Notes under the pieces: model-generated | What the model was told of the DNA's origin: nothing | What the model saw: only the letters and a program-made list of their open reading frames with translations | The model's database searches: none | NCBI GenBank assembly: GCA_023129715.1 | Contig: JAGMBO010000032.1 | Location: 22,057-86,056, forward strand | Direction: 5' to 3' | Origin: Candidatus Eiseniibacteriota bacterium | GTDB taxonomy: Bacteria > Eisenbacteria > RBG-16-71-46 > CAIMUX01 > WJJG01 | DNA: 64,000 nucleotides | Part shown: one piece after another, positions 9,472 to 19,823 of the stretch | Layout of the letters: every line of letters starts with the position of its first letter | Numbering within the stretch: the stretch's first letter is position 1 | Made by a program: the position numbers and the translations under genes

Positions 9472-11817
9472 ATGCAGCATACGCGCCTACTGCCGGTTGC
9501 GGTCATCGCAGCCCTCTTGCTCGCGTTCGCACTGCCGGCCTCGGGGACCGCGGCCGAGGGAGCGAACGAGGGGCTCTTGGAATACACGTTGGAGTTCTCC
9601 GAGCATGAGCTCACCTTCGAGAACGCCAAGGGCTTCGATCTGGTCTCCATGGACGAGACCACGTTTCTGAGCACGCCCGGCCATCCGATGCTGCCGGTGC
9701 GCCAGATCAAGATCGCTCTACCATCAGGCCTCGTGGCAACCGGTGTCCGTGTGCTCGCCGTGGAACGCGTCGAACTGCCCGGGCGGTTTCTGGTCTATCC
9801 TGCCCAGCCGGCACGCGCAGGCAGCGATCCCAGCGCGAAGCCCTTCGTCGATCCCATCGCAGACATCTACGCCTCCAGTGAGGTGTACCCTTCTGCAGTG
9901 GTGAGTTTCGTGCATCAGACGGACTTGGCCGGCCAGGGCATCGCCGTCCTCGACGTCACCCCGCTGCAGTACGTTCCGGTGACTGGCCGTCTCTCGATGA
10001 CGACCTCACTGACGATCGGCATCGAACATGAGACCGGCCACCTCTACGGGGACTATCTGCCCCAGAACGCCGCTCCCAAGCTGCGGGCGCGCTACGAAGA
10101 GCGCATCGCCCAGATGGTCGTCAATCCCGAGGATGTCATCGTCGCGAGCGCGCCGCTGATGCGTGGCACGCGCGGGGTCGACCCGGGACAATACGATCTC
10201 GTGATCATCACCGATCCCTATCTCGAATGGGCTTTCGAGCCGCTGGTCGAGTGGAAGACCAAGAAGGGTGTGCCGACGAAGGTCGTGACCACCAGTTGGA
10301 TCTACTACACGGGTGGCTATCCGGGGCCGGAGCAGACCGATCAGATTCGTCAGTTCGTCGAGGATGCGCATGCGACCTGGGGCGCAACCTTCTTCCTGCT
10401 CGGCGGGAACCAGTACAAGGTTCCGGTCAACTACTGGGATACCCCAACGGGGATGAATCCCCCGGTTCTGCCTGAAGACGTCTACTACGCCGACTACGAT
10501 GACGACTGGACTCTCGAGGTCAATGTGGGGCGCTGGCCGATTGGCTACAGCTCGGAGGTCACCGCCCACGTGAACAAGGTTTTGACATATGAAAAGACCC
10601 CGCCGCTGACTGATTACGCGGCCCGCCTGGGGCTCTTCGGCTTCGATCTCGATGCCTCGACGCATGGCGAGGAGTGCAAGGAGTACATCGATAGCCAGTA
10701 CATCCCCGGACACATGGATGTTGTCAAGATCTACGACAGCCATGACGGCAATCATGCCGACTCGGCGATCGTTGCGATCGACTCGGGCCTCCACCTGATC
10801 AACCACATCGATCACTGCAATACGGTCGGTTTGGGCATGGGCTCAGTGAACCATGGCTGGTCGATCACCGGCGCCGATGTCCTGAATTTCGTCAATGGGG
10901 ACCGGCAGTGCATCATCTACTCGACCGGATGCTACGTCGGCGCCTTCGACAACATTGATTGCATCTCGACCGACTTCGTCAACGAGTTCGACAACGGCGC
11001 GATCGCCTTCATCTGCAATACCCGGTATGGCTGGTTCAATCCTGGCCTGTGCACGACGCTCTCGAATCTCTGGGACCGCCGCTTCTGGGGCCAACTCTTC
11101 AACCAGGAGAAGTACACACTGGGTGAGTGTTTCTCGGACCACAAGGATGTGGTCTTTCTGACGAGCAACACACATCGGTACATCTACAAGGAGTTGACCC
11201 TCTTCGGTGATCCGGAGCTGCCACTCTGGACCGATGATCCGGCCGATCTGGTCGTCACCCATGACGCGACCATCGAGACCGGCGGGGCGACGCTTGATGT
11301 GCATGTCGAAGACAGCGGCGGCGGCGCGCTTGAAGAGGTGCGCGTGTGCCTCTGGAAGGGGGATGAGGTCTATCTCGTCGACTACACGGGGGTGACGGGG
11401 GATGTGACCTTCAATCCCAACGCGACGACCGAGGGCACGCTCTATGTGACCGCAACGGTTCACAACTACCTGCCCTACGAAGGGGAGACGGCAGTGCTCG
11501 ATCCGGCGGATGTGGCCGAGGATGCGGTGGTACCGACCGTGCTGCGGCTTCACCCCAACCGCCCCAGCCCGTTCCGGACGACAACGACGATCGCCTATGA
11601 CCTACCCGCGGAGTCGCGGGTCAGCCTGCGGATCTATGATCTGACGGGCCGAGTGATGCGCTCGCTGGTCGATGACCGGATGCAGGTGCAGGGCAGCCAC
11701 GAGGTCGTCTGGGACGGACGAGATGACGCCGGGCGACCGGTGGCATCGGGCGTCTACCTGTATCGGATGGAGAGCGACGAGCAGCAGCTGACGCGTCGGA
11801 TGTTGATGCTGCGCTGA
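9472..11817 (+). CDS. Gingipain-like cysteine peptidase (family C25) with signal peptide and T9SS-type CTD.
   Basis: Signal peptide MQHTRLLPVAVIAALLLAFALPASG. C25 catalytic His (INHIDHCNTVGLG) and Cys (IIYSTGCYVGAFD) regions. C-terminal RLHPNRPSPFRTTTTIAYDLPAESRVSLRIYDLTGRVMRSL...VWDGRDDAGRPVASGVYLYRM. RBS AAGGGGGA. Confidence 0.85.
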   Translation: MQHTRLLPVAVIAALLLAFALPASGTAAEGANEGLLEYTLEFSEHELTFENAKGFDLVSMDETTFLSTPGHPMLPVRQIKIALPSGLVATGVRVLAVERVELPGRFLVYPAQPARAGSDPSAKPFVDPIADIYASSEVYPSAVVSFVHQTDLAGQGIAVLDVTPLQYVPVTGRLSMTTSLTIGIEHETGHLYGDYLPQNAAPKLRARYEERIAQMVVNPEDVIVASAPLMRGTRGVDPGQYDLVIITDPYLEWAFEPLVEWKTKKGVPTKVVTTSWIYYTGGYPGPEQTDQIRQFVEDAHATWGATFFLLGGNQYKVPVNYWDTPTGMNPPVLPEDVYYADYDDDWTLEVNVGRWPIGYSSEVTAHVNKVLTYEKTPPLTDYAARLGLFGFDLDASTHGEECKEYIDSQYIPGHMDVVKIYDSHDGNHADSAIVAIDSGLHLINHIDHCNTVGLGMGSVNHGWSITGADVLNFVNGDRQCIIYSTGCYVGAFDNIDCISTDFVNEFDNGAIAFICNTRYGWFNPGLCTTLSNLWDRRFWGQLFNQEKYTLGECFSDHKDVVFLTSNTHRYIYKELTLFGDPELPLWTDDPADLVVTHDATIETGGATLDVHVEDSGGGALEEVRVCLWKGDEVYLVDYTGVTGDVTFNPNATTEGTLYVTATVHNYLPYEGETAVLDPADVAEDAVVPTVLRLHPNRPSPFRTTTTIAYDLPAESRVSLRIYDLTGRVMRSLVDDRMQVQGSHEVVWDGRDDAGRPVASGVYLYRMESDEQQLTRRMLMLR

Positions 11818-11876
11818 TGCGCGGGGCGGGCGCGCTGCGGCCGGCGATGATGTGCCGGCGACGTGTGCCCCCAGCC

Positions 11877-13499
11877 CTAGAAAATGACCAGCGGCACCGA
11901 CTGCTGCCCGTCCGCGGATCTCAACCGGGCGAAGTAGCAGCCCCGGGACAGTGGGCGTCCCCATCGATCCCGGCCGTCCCACGGGATGTCGAGGGGCCCA
12001 GGAGAGGCCGACAGACGCCAGTGGCGTACACACCGGCCGTTGGCATCGATGATCTCAACAGCCAGCGGTCCCGATCCGGCGACGTGCAGTTCGAGGGTCA
12101 GCCGGTCCCGCGCGGGAGAGGGGACCGCGGAAATGCGCTGCACGGTGCGTGAGGGTGCCTGCGGGATCGCGCCGGGGCCGGTGCTATAGCGGGATAGATG
12201 CACCTCGTAGTTGTCTTTGTCGCCGGCGAATTCGGTCCAGGCGACCCAGGCGGCGACGGTGGCGCGGTCACCTCGTCCCGGCACGACAATCACATCGGCG
12301 CCGACAATCGAGGGGCGGTACCCGTTCTCGCCGTCGGGGAGACTGATGACGTAGTCCTCGCTCGCGCCGCTCCAGCCCGCGACCTCGAAGAACGAGAAGT
12401 GCTGCTCCTTGCTGCCCGCGGTGTCCTCCTCCTCATCCCAAACCGCGCAAGGGCCCAACGCACCACGCACGGTGACATCGGGATTGTGGGCACTGCGCCC
12501 GCCGCCTTCGTCGTGAGAGACGGGCGTATTGACCGACTCGCCGGTCCAGGTCACCCCGAGGTCAAAGGAACTCGTGGCGTAGATCTCGTAGTGATATGGG
12601 CTGCTCGTATCGAAAGAAGCCTTGTAGACGACGTGGATGCCTTCCTCATGGGAGTAGGGCGCTGCCGCGAGGGCAAGATCGCCGATCAGGGTAGGCGGCT
12701 GGCAGATCTCCCGGTCGGCGGTCGCGCTGCTCCAGGTGAGCCCATCATCACTAGAGATGCCGACGTGGACGGTTTTCTTTCCCGAGTCCCCCGTCTCGTG
12801 CCAGACGACAAAGAGATGATCCTCGCAGGCGGTGATCTGCGGATCGAGGGCGCTGGTGCCGTCGGGGAAGCTGATCACCTGGTCACCGGTCATGCCGCTC
12901 CAGGTAGCCCCGCCGTCGGCCGAGCGCGAGTAGTGGACCTCGGCAGTCTCTCCGGAGAGCTGATGCCAGACGACATGAAAAACCCCGTCGAGATCGCAGG
13001 CGATCGAGGGAATCCCGGCATCCACTGCCGTGGCGGGGTCACTCAAGATCTGATCGGCCGTCTCGCAAGACCAGGTAGTGCCCTGATCATGCGAGACGCC
13101 GAAGTGGATCTCACGCGTGCTGATCGCATCCTCGCTCCAGACGATGATGAGCGAACCGGTCACTGGATTCATGGCCGCCGCGCACTCATCGAGCATCGCC
13201 TGGCCGTCGGGGAAGCTGATCACGCGGTCGGTGAGGGAGGAACTCCAGGTCTCGCCCTCGTCGATGGAGCGACCGTAGTGGATCTCGGCATCCCAGACGA
13301 TATCCTCGGTCCAGAATGCATGCACGGCGGAACCGTCCTCGGCGGCGACAAGTTGTACGGCGCGTGCATACTTGTCGTCGTCACAGCTGATAACCTGGTC
13401 GGCATCCTGACCCGACCAGTCGGCGGCCCGGGCCTGAATGAGCGGGGCGGCCGGTAGCCAGGCGAGGAGGACCAAGCCGAGGGGCGAGAGCGTCTTCAT
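11877..13499 (-). CDS. Secreted BNR/Asp-box repeat protein (sialidase-like beta-propeller) with T9SS-type CTD.
   Basis: Signal peptide MKTLSPLGLVLLAWLPAAPLIQARA. Five or more SxDxGxTW repeats (DEGETWSS, DQGTTWSC, DGGATWSG, DDGLTWSS, DLGVTWTG). C-terminal ...AVEIIDANGRCVRHW...WDGRDRWGRPLSRGCYFARL. RBS GGAGGTG 5 nt upstream of ATG 13499. Confidence 0.8.
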   Translation of the reverse strand: MKTLSPLGLVLLAWLPAAPLIQARAADWSGQDADQVISCDDDKYARAVQLVAAEDGSAVHAFWTEDIVWDAEIHYGRSIDEGETWSSSLTDRVISFPDGQAMLDECAAAMNPVTGSLIIVWSEDAISTREIHFGVSHDQGTTWSCETADQILSDPATAVDAGIPSIACDLDGVFHVVWHQLSGETAEVHYSRSADGGATWSGMTGDQVISFPDGTSALDPQITACEDHLFVVWHETGDSGKKTVHVGISSDDGLTWSSATADREICQPPTLIGDLALAAAPYSHEEGIHVVYKASFDTSSPYHYEIYATSSFDLGVTWTGESVNTPVSHDEGGGRSAHNPDVTVRGALGPCAVWDEEEDTAGSKEQHFSFFEVAGWSGASEDYVISLPDGENGYRPSIVGADVIVVPGRGDRATVAAWVAWTEFAGDKDNYEVHLSRYSTGPGAIPQAPSRTVQRISAVPSPARDRLTLELHVAGSGPLAVEIIDANGRCVRHWRLSASPGPLDIPWDGRDRWGRPLSRGCYFARLRSADGQQSVPLVIF

Positions 13500-13613
13500 G
13501 GGATCACCTCCATGTTCGAGGTGGGCGGATTGCATAGCGCGGCTTGCGCAAGTGCGCCGTGAGGAGGATAGGTCTTTGTGCGCCCGCCTGTCAACTTGGG
13601 AGCGCGGCGTAGC

Positions 13614-14495
13614 TCAGGCCTTGATTTTCTCCAGCACTGCCGTGGGCTTGATCCGATGGCGGGTAAGGCCGACCTCATCGGCCGAGAAGCCCTGAGCGAG
13701 TCCGAGGAGCTGGAAGAAGTAGACCGGTGGAACCTCGAAGTGCTCCTTCGTCTTTCGGTTGAGCAGAAGCTGACCGGTGTCGAATGATGAGAAGCAGGTC
13801 GGGCAGATCATCCCCATGCAATCAGCTCCGCTCTTCCTTACCGAGCGCAACACGCTAGCAGTCATATCCAGGGGAAGGTCGGGGTCGATGCACGCCTTGC
13901 CGCAGCAGAGGAAACGCTCGTCATGAGTGACCGGTTCGGCCCCAATCGCCTCGATGAGCTGATGGAGGATCTGGGGATCATCGGGGTCGTCGACCTGCAT
14001 GATCGAGGAGGGCTTCAGCAAGTGACAGCCGTAGTGCAGCGCGACACGCACGCCCGTCAGGGGGCGGGTGACGCTCTCACGCACGCGATCGATGCCGACC
14101 TTCTCGCGCAACAGGACGACGATATGGCGGACGGCAATCGAACCCTGGTATTTCCGGCCGACGCGCGCGAGGCGCCGGTTGACACGCTCGCGCAGCTGCT
14201 CATCGTTGCGCAGAAGGTGATTGGCTTCGCTCAGGGTGCCGGTGCAGCCGCTGCAGACCGTGAAGATGTCGTGGCCCGCCTCCTCGGCGAGGGCCAGATT
14301 GCGGGCCGCGAGCGTGAGCCAGGCGATCTTGTCGGCGGCCTGGAAGTAGATCGGATCGGGACAGCAGGAAAACCCCTCCAGATCGATGATCTCGACGCCC
14401 AGGTTGGGAAGCGTTCGCCGGATGGCGACTTCCATCTGCGGGTACTTGATCGGGATCAGGCAACCGGGGAAGAAGATGGCCTTGATCGGCTTCAT
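13614..14495 (-). CDS. hdrB: Heterodisulfide reductase subunit B (two CCG cysteine-rich domains).
   Basis: IFFPGCLIP...CCPDP and HYGCHLLKPS...CCGKACIDP motifs typical of HdrB. Overlaps hdrC by 4 nt. Confidence 0.85.
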   Translation of the reverse strand: MKPIKAIFFPGCLIPIKYPQMEVAIRRTLPNLGVEIIDLEGFSCCPDPIYFQAADKIAWLTLAARNLALAEEAGHDIFTVCSGCTGTLSEANHLLRNDEQLRERVNRRLARVGRKYQGSIAVRHIVVLLREKVGIDRVRESVTRPLTGVRVALHYGCHLLKPSSIMQVDDPDDPQILHQLIEAIGAEPVTHDERFLCCGKACIDPDLPLDMTASVLRSVRKSGADCMGMICPTCFSSFDTGQLLLNRKTKEHFEVPPVYFFQLLGLAQGFSADEVGLTRHRIKPTAVLEKIKA

Positions 14496-15040
14496 GATTC
14501 ACTCTCCGCGGTCGAAGAGGGCGGACTGTCTCCCGGGGGCGGATCCTCCGGGGCGAGCACAGCCCGCAATTCCCCCATGTCGATCGCCGGCAGGGGAGGC
14601 AGTCCCATGCTCTCCCGCTTGCGCTTCAGGCTGGCGATCACCGGCGCGCTGCGGCCGGTCTTGAGGATCGTCTCGTAGATGGTTTGGGCCTCCTCGGGAT
14701 GCGTGCCCTCCTCGCGGGCGAGGTTCTTCAGCGCAATAATCACCTCGACGGGCCGGACGTCCTGCGGACAGCGCTCGTAGCAGTTGTAGCAATTGGAGCA
14801 TTTCCAGATCACCGATCCGGGAGCGAGGAGGGTACCCAAGTCTCCGAGCAGGGCGGTCAACATGATCTCCCGCGGATTGAAGCTGGGGAAGAAGCGTGTC
14901 GTGGGACAGTCCCCGACACATGCCCCGCATTGGTAGCAGTAGTTGACATGATTCCCGCCCAGCACGGCGAGCAGCCGCCGCCGCTGGGCGAAATCGATAC
15001 GGATGCGCTTGTGGGGGGATGCGGCTTGTTCTGCTTCCAT
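14492..15040 (-). CDS. hdrC: Heterodisulfide reductase subunit C (2x[4Fe-4S] ferredoxin-like).
   Basis: CYQCGACVGDCP and CSNCYNCYERCP cluster motifs. ATG 15040 preceded by GAGGTG. The track ORF's upstream extension is a read-through. Confidence 0.8.
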   Translation of the reverse strand: MEAEQAASPHKRIRIDFAQRRRLLAVLGGNHVNYCYQCGACVGDCPTTRFFPSFNPREIMLTALLGDLGTLLAPGSVIWKCSNCYNCYERCPQDVRPVEVIIALKNLAREEGTHPEEAQTIYETILKTGRSAPVIASLKRKRESMGLPPLPAIDMGELRAVLAPEDPPPGDSPPSSTAESES

Positions 15041-15086
15041 GGACACCTCGTCCGCCTGGTCTCGATCGGCCGGGCCGTTCGCGCGT

Positions 15087-15230
15087 CTAGCCCTTGGCCT
15101 CTTTGGTGGGCCGGATGCTGTTGCTGCGGCAGCGGGGACAGACCCGCTCGACCGGCTCGCCATCCTTCCTGTGGACCGCGGTGAATTCCAGCCCGCAACG
15201 CAGGCACCGAAACCGCCGTTCTTCCTCCAT
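15087..15230 (-). CDS. Small FmdB-family-like zinc-ribbon protein (47 aa) embedded between hdrA and hdrC.
   Basis: MEEERRFRCLRCGLEFTAVHRKDGEPVERVCPRCRSNSIRPTKEAKG. GGGAGG RBS upstream. Not in the ORF track. Confidence 0.5.
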   Translation of the reverse strand: MEEERRFRCLRCGLEFTAVHRKDGEPVERVCPRCRSNSIRPTKEAKG

Positions 15231-15260
15231 TGTTGCTCTCCCTCCCGGGTAGGGTGCCGG

Positions 15261-17783
15261 CTAGGACTTCGCCGGGCCCGCGACAGATGCCGCCGCCCCC
15301 GCGGACGATTCCGCCCGAGCGTCCGCGGCCGCCTCGCGCTTCTTGCGGGCCGCCGCACGCATCTTCTCTTTCCGCCCTTCCCGCCGCTTGCGCTCCTCGG
15401 CGAGCACCTTGCGGGTATGGGCGATCTCCTCCGCCGTCACCTGAGCTCGCGGTTCATCGAGAACGCGCATCACCTCGGCGAATTTCTGCCCCTCGGCCGC
15501 GCTGATCCACTCGAGGTGGAGGCGCTCGGGGCGGATGCCGAGTTTCTCGAGGCGGTCCCAGGCGCGTTCGACGCGCGTGACCGTCTGCCGGTTGGCATTG
15601 ATGTAGTGGCAATCGGCGAAATGGCAGCCGGAGACGAGCACCAGGGGCGCGCCCTTCTCGAAGGCATAGAGAATCAGGTCCTCCGACACCCGCGCGCTGC
15701 ACATCGTGCGCACCAGGCGCCCATGCACCGGGAACTGCAGACGCGCGGTGCCCGCGGTGTCCCCGCCCGCGTAAGAGCACCAATTGCAGGCGAAGGTCAG
15801 GAGCTTGTCCTCGGGGTGTTCGTCGAGGATCGCATCGATTTGCGCCTTGAGCTGCTCATCGGTCGAGTGGCGCATGGTGAGCGCATCCACCGGGCATTCG
15901 GCGGCGCAGCAGCCGCATCCCGAGCAGGCCGCCTCGATGATCTCGGGCACGCCTCCCCGCTGCCAGTGAATCGCATGGAAGGGACAAACGGCAGCACACC
16001 GCCCGCAGCGGATGCAGTCGGCCTCCTCGAGCAGCGGGGTGCCCGCGTCAATGCGGATCCGGCCCGCACTGAGCAGGACCTGGACGTGAGAGGCTGCGGC
16101 GCCCGCCTGGGTTACACTGTCCTTGACGTCCTTCGGAGACTCGCAGCATCCCGCCAGGAAGATGCCCCGGGTGGGGGCGTCGACGGGCTTGAGTTTGGGA
16201 TGGGCCTCGAGGAAGAAGCCGTCACTGGTGCGGCTGAGGGTCAGCAGGCGTTGGACGGTGTTGGAGTCGAGTCGCGGTCTGACGCCCACCGAGAGCACTA
16301 CCATGTCGAGTTCGTGCTGCTCCAGCTCTCCGGCCAGCGTGTTCTCCACGCGCACCCGCAGGTTCTTCGTCTGTGGGTCTTCCTCGATCTCGCCCGGGAT
16401 CCCGCGGATGTAGCGCACGCCGGAGCTGCGGCTGCGCAGGTACAGATCCTCAAATCCCTTGCCGAACGCGCGGATGTCCATGTAGAAGACCTTCGCGTCG
16501 GTATCGGGATAGTGATCCGCGAGCAGCAGCGTGTCCTTGACCGTATTCATGCAGCAGATGTTCGAGCAGTAAGGCGAGCCATAGCGCGAGGAGCGGGAGC
16601 CGACACACTGGATGAAGCCGATGCGCCGCGGTCGCTCGCCGTCGGAGGGGCGGACGAAATGCCCGGCACTGGGGCCGCCGGCGCAGATCAGCCGTTCGAA
16701 CTCCATGCTGGTGATGACGTTGTCGTAGCGGCTGTATCCATACTCGGTGATCTCGGTCGGGTCGTAGGCCTCCATGCCGGTGGCGACGATCATCGCCCCG
16801 ACATCGACCTCGAGGATCTCATCGCGCATGTCGAAATCGATGCACTTCTGTTCACAGACCTCGAGGCACTTGCCGCAGGCAATCGGGTTGTTGCCCAGGC
16901 AGTCCTCGGGATTGATCAGGTAGGCCGAGGGGACCGCTTGAGGAAAGGGAATGTAGATCGCCTTGCGCGAGGCGAGTCCCATTTGGTACTCGTCGGGAAT
17001 GATGACCGGGCAGACCTTGGTGCACTCCGCGCAGCTATTGCACAGATCCTGCTGCACATAGCGCGCCCTGCGGCGTACCTTGACATGGAAGTTGCCCACC
17101 GCGCCCGAGACGTCGATCACTTCGCTCGAGACCAGAACCTTGATCCGGGGATGCCGACCGGCATCCATCATCTTGGGTCCCAGGATTCATATCGAGCAGT
17201 CCATGGTCGGGTAGGTCTTGTCGAGCTGGGCCATCAGCCCCCCGATCGACGGCTCCTTCTCGACCAGATAGACTTGCATGCCGCCGTCGGCGATGTCGAG
17301 CGCGGCCTGGATGCCGGCGATACCGCCCCCGATGACGAGCGCCGCCTGGGTGACATCGACCTCCGGCTCGATCTGAGGCTGAAGCTCATGAGCCCGCGCG
17401 ACCGCGCTACGCACCAGGTCCTTGGCCTTCTGGGTCGCCCCGGCGGGGTCGCCCGCGTGAACCCACGAGCAGTGCTCACGGAGATTGGCCATCTCCATGA
17501 GATAGGGGTTGAGTCCCGCCTGGGCAACGCAGGCGCGGAAGGTGAGCTCGTGCATCCGGGGCGTGCACGAGGCGACCACCACGCGCTCGAGCTTGTGCTC
17601 GCCGATTGCCTTACGGATCTCGTTCTGCCCCGGGTCGGCGCAGGTGTACTTGTTGTGCACCACACAGACGACGCCGGGCAGGGACTGGGCATACTCGGTC
17701 ACCGCCGCGGTGTCGACCGTTCCGGCGATGTTGAGACCGCAGTCGCAGATAAAGACGCCGGTCCTGGGAAAGTTGTTCTCCAT
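15261..17783 (-). CDS. hdrA: HdrA-like flavoprotein with in-frame UGA (predicted selenocysteine at 17187-17189) and a C-terminal MvhD domain (HdrA-MvhD fusion). Ends in a Lys/Arg-rich tail.
   Basis: Two track ORFs (17187..17783 and 15261..17171) are one frame joined by TGA. ...[63 protein letters not shown] aligns with the archaeal HdrA motif LDKTFPT-DCSMC-ILxPK. The C-terminus carries the MvhD signature [16 protein letters not shown]...VRTMCSARV...[12 protein letters not shown]. Confidence 0.8.
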
Positions 17784-17830
17784 CAGCTCCTCTCCGTCTT
17801 GCGGAACCCTGGTTCTCGCAACTCCTCGAT

Positions 17831-19810
17831 TCAGACCTTGGTCCCCTGATCACCCACCGACTGTCCCGCTGCGGCCGCGACCCCCGCGGCGGTTGGCGGC
17901 AAGGCGTCGGCGAGCAGATTCCACAGATCGACGATCTCGAGATCGGCCGCGGGATCTTCGGTCAGGCCTTCCTGGGCGCACCGCAGGTGAATGAAGCACC
18001 CGGGACACGCCGTTACCAGGCGCCGGCCGCCGGTGGCGACTGCCTCGGCGAGACGATCGGCCTGGAAGCGCTTCGTGGCTGCATTGCAGTTGAGCCAAGC
18101 CGTATTGCCGCAGCAGACCGCGCGCTCGCGATGATGCTCCATCTCGACGAGTTCGACACCGGCGACTTCGGTCAGCAGTTGGCGCGGGCGGTCGTAGATG
18201 CCCGAATGGCGGCCCAGCCGGCAGGGATCTTGATAGGTGACCCGGCCGTCGGCGGAATCGGTAGCCATTTCGGCGAGCTCCTCGCGCAGCGCGCCCAAGA
18301 CCAAGCTCAGGTGGGTCACCTCGCAGGCGACGTTGTGGCGGTCGAGCGCATCGCGTAGGGCCACCAGGCATTCGGGGCAGAAGGTGATCACGCGCGTCGC
18401 CCCACTGGCGCGGACTTGGTCGACGACCAGCGCCTCGAGTTCGTCGGCCTCGCGGGCGTAACCGGCGAGGCGCAGGTGGTATCCGCAACAGCGCTCATTG
18501 GCGAGCAGAGCGGGCCTGATGCCCACGTGGTTGAGCAGTTGCACGGCCGAGGACATCGTGCGGGTGAGTCCCGCCCCGGTCTCGCCGCCGAAGTAGGCGG
18601 AGAAGTAGGGGCTGCAGCCCACATAGAGCAGATCGTCCGACTTGCCGCGCTGCCCATCCGCGAGCACCTCGACCTCGAGATCCTCGCTCAGCCAGCCGAG
18701 ACGTTGCTGGCGCAACCCCGGCCGCGCCGCCATGCGGCTGATCTGCTCGAAGACCCCGCCATGGGAGCAGGGCGTGACCTCGTACCCAACCTGCTGCGTC
18801 TCGCCGCCCCAGCCGCTCGCCGCTGTGGACCCGCTGGGCTGCCGGCCATCGCCTGGCTGGCCCTCCGGCGCGGCCGGGGCCGGGTCACCGTCAGTCGCAC
18901 CGGATCGGCGGGCGACCGCCTGCGCGCGGGCACTCACGATGAACTGGCCATAGTCGACGCGCACGGGACAGACCGCCTCGCAAGCACTGCAGGTCAAGCA
19001 GGTCCAGAGAGCCGGATCGTTGGCGGGGCCGGCGGCGCCTGCGGCGAAGGTCCGGGTGATCAGACGGCGCGGGGAGAAACGCTGATAGCGGGCCACCGGA
19101 CAGACGGCGGTACAGCGCCCGCACTCCAGGCAGGCGAAGACGCGCGTGGCTTCGAGGGGCGGGGTTCCCGAGGGCGCAGGTTCGTTCCGGGCATCGCCGC
19201 CGGCGTCGTTTCCCGGCGCCAGCGGGCTGCGGCCGACGCCGCGCACCGCCTCAATGAACTCGTTCATCGTCTCGGCGAAGCGAATCCCCTCGGCGGCCGA
19301 GATCCACTCGAGGCGCAGGCGTTCCGGCTCCAGTCCGAGCAGAGCGGCAAGGGCGGAGGTCTTCTCGTACTGCTCCATGGCCCGGTAGTTGCCGAACATG
19401 TAGTGGCAATCGCCCGGATGACAGCCCGAGACCATCACACCGTCGGCCCCCTGCGCGAAGGCCCGCAAGACATGGCTTGGATGCACGCGCCCCGAGCACA
19501 TCACACGCAGCAGGCGGAAGTTGGGCTCATGCTGCAGTCGCGAGACGCCGGCCGTATCGGCACCGGCGTACGAACACCAGTTGCAGGCGAAGACGAGCAC
19601 CCGGGGATCGAAGCGCTCGCCGCCCGGCTCTTCCCCGGCGCGGGCGGCTGGACGGGATTCACCCGACTTCGCCGCCCGGCTGCGCGTGACGCCCTTGGAC
19701 GCTGCGGCCGGCGCGCGCTTTTTCGTCGTGCCACGGGGCGCGGCCGCGCCCTCCTTCGCACCTGGTGTCTTCCCACTTCCTTGCGCACGTTTCTCGGTCA
19801 TACCACCCAT
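17831..19810 (-). CDS. MvhD-HdrC-HdrB fusion (HdrD-like iron-sulfur/CCG protein with N-terminal MvhD domain and basic low-complexity N-tail).
   Basis: [18 protein letters not shown]...VMCSGRV...[11 protein letters not shown] (MvhD). [12 protein letters not shown] and [12 protein letters not shown] (2x4Fe4S). [14 protein letters not shown] and [12 protein letters not shown] (CCG domains). Start at 19810 or 19801 is uncertain. Confidence 0.75.
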   Translation of the reverse strand: MGGMTEKRAQGSGKTPGAKEGAAAPRGTTKKRAPAAASKGVTRSRAAKSGESRPAARAGEEPGGERFDPRVLVFACNWCSYAGADTAGVSRLQHEPNFRLLRVMCSGRVHPSHVLRAFAQGADGVMVSGCHPGDCHYMFGNYRAMEQYEKTSALAALLGLEPERLRLEWISAAEGIRFAETMNEFIEAVRGVGRSPLAPGNDAGGDARNEPAPSGTPPLEATRVFACLECGRCTAVCPVARYQRFSPRRLITRTFAAGAAGPANDPALWTCLTCSACEAVCPVRVDYGQFIVSARAQAVARRSGATDGDPAPAAPEGQPGDGRQPSGSTAASGWGGETQQVGYEVTPCSHGGVFEQISRMAARPGLRQQRLGWLSEDLEVEVLADGQRGKSDDLLYVGCSPYFSAYFGGETGAGLTRTMSSAVQLLNHVGIRPALLANERCCGYHLRLAGYAREADELEALVVDQVRASGATRVITFCPECLVALRDALDRHNVACEVTHLSLVLGALREELAEMATDSADGRVTYQDPCRLGRHSGIYDRPRQLLTEVAGVELVEMEHHRERAVCCGNTAWLNCNAATKRFQADRLAEAVATGGRRLVTACPGCFIHLRCAQEGLTEDPAADLEIVDLWNLLADALPPTAAGVAAAAGQSVGDQGTKV

Positions 19811-19823
19811 CCTGCCGGCAGCC

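Noticed and set aside
12198-13457. 419-aa plus-strand ORF
   Set aside because: It is antisense to the BNR-repeat gene, which has a signal peptide, a GGAGGTG RBS and Asp-box repeats.
17184-17189. Interpreting the hdrA TGA codons (and the one at 22944) as pseudogenising nonsense mutations or gene splits
   Set aside because: Both paralogs have TGA exactly at the conserved Cys/Sec position and the frame continues into conserved sequence. An identical hairpin follows both, and HdrA is a known selenoprotein family.
15003-17849. 948-aa plus-strand ORF, and similar long ORFs at 18416..19882, 21150..22091, 22134..23444 and 23728..24693
   Set aside because: They lie antisense to strongly supported hdrA/kor genes. 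They are Arg/Ala/Gly/Pro-rich with no motifs, as expected from stop-codon depletion in about 67% GC DNA.
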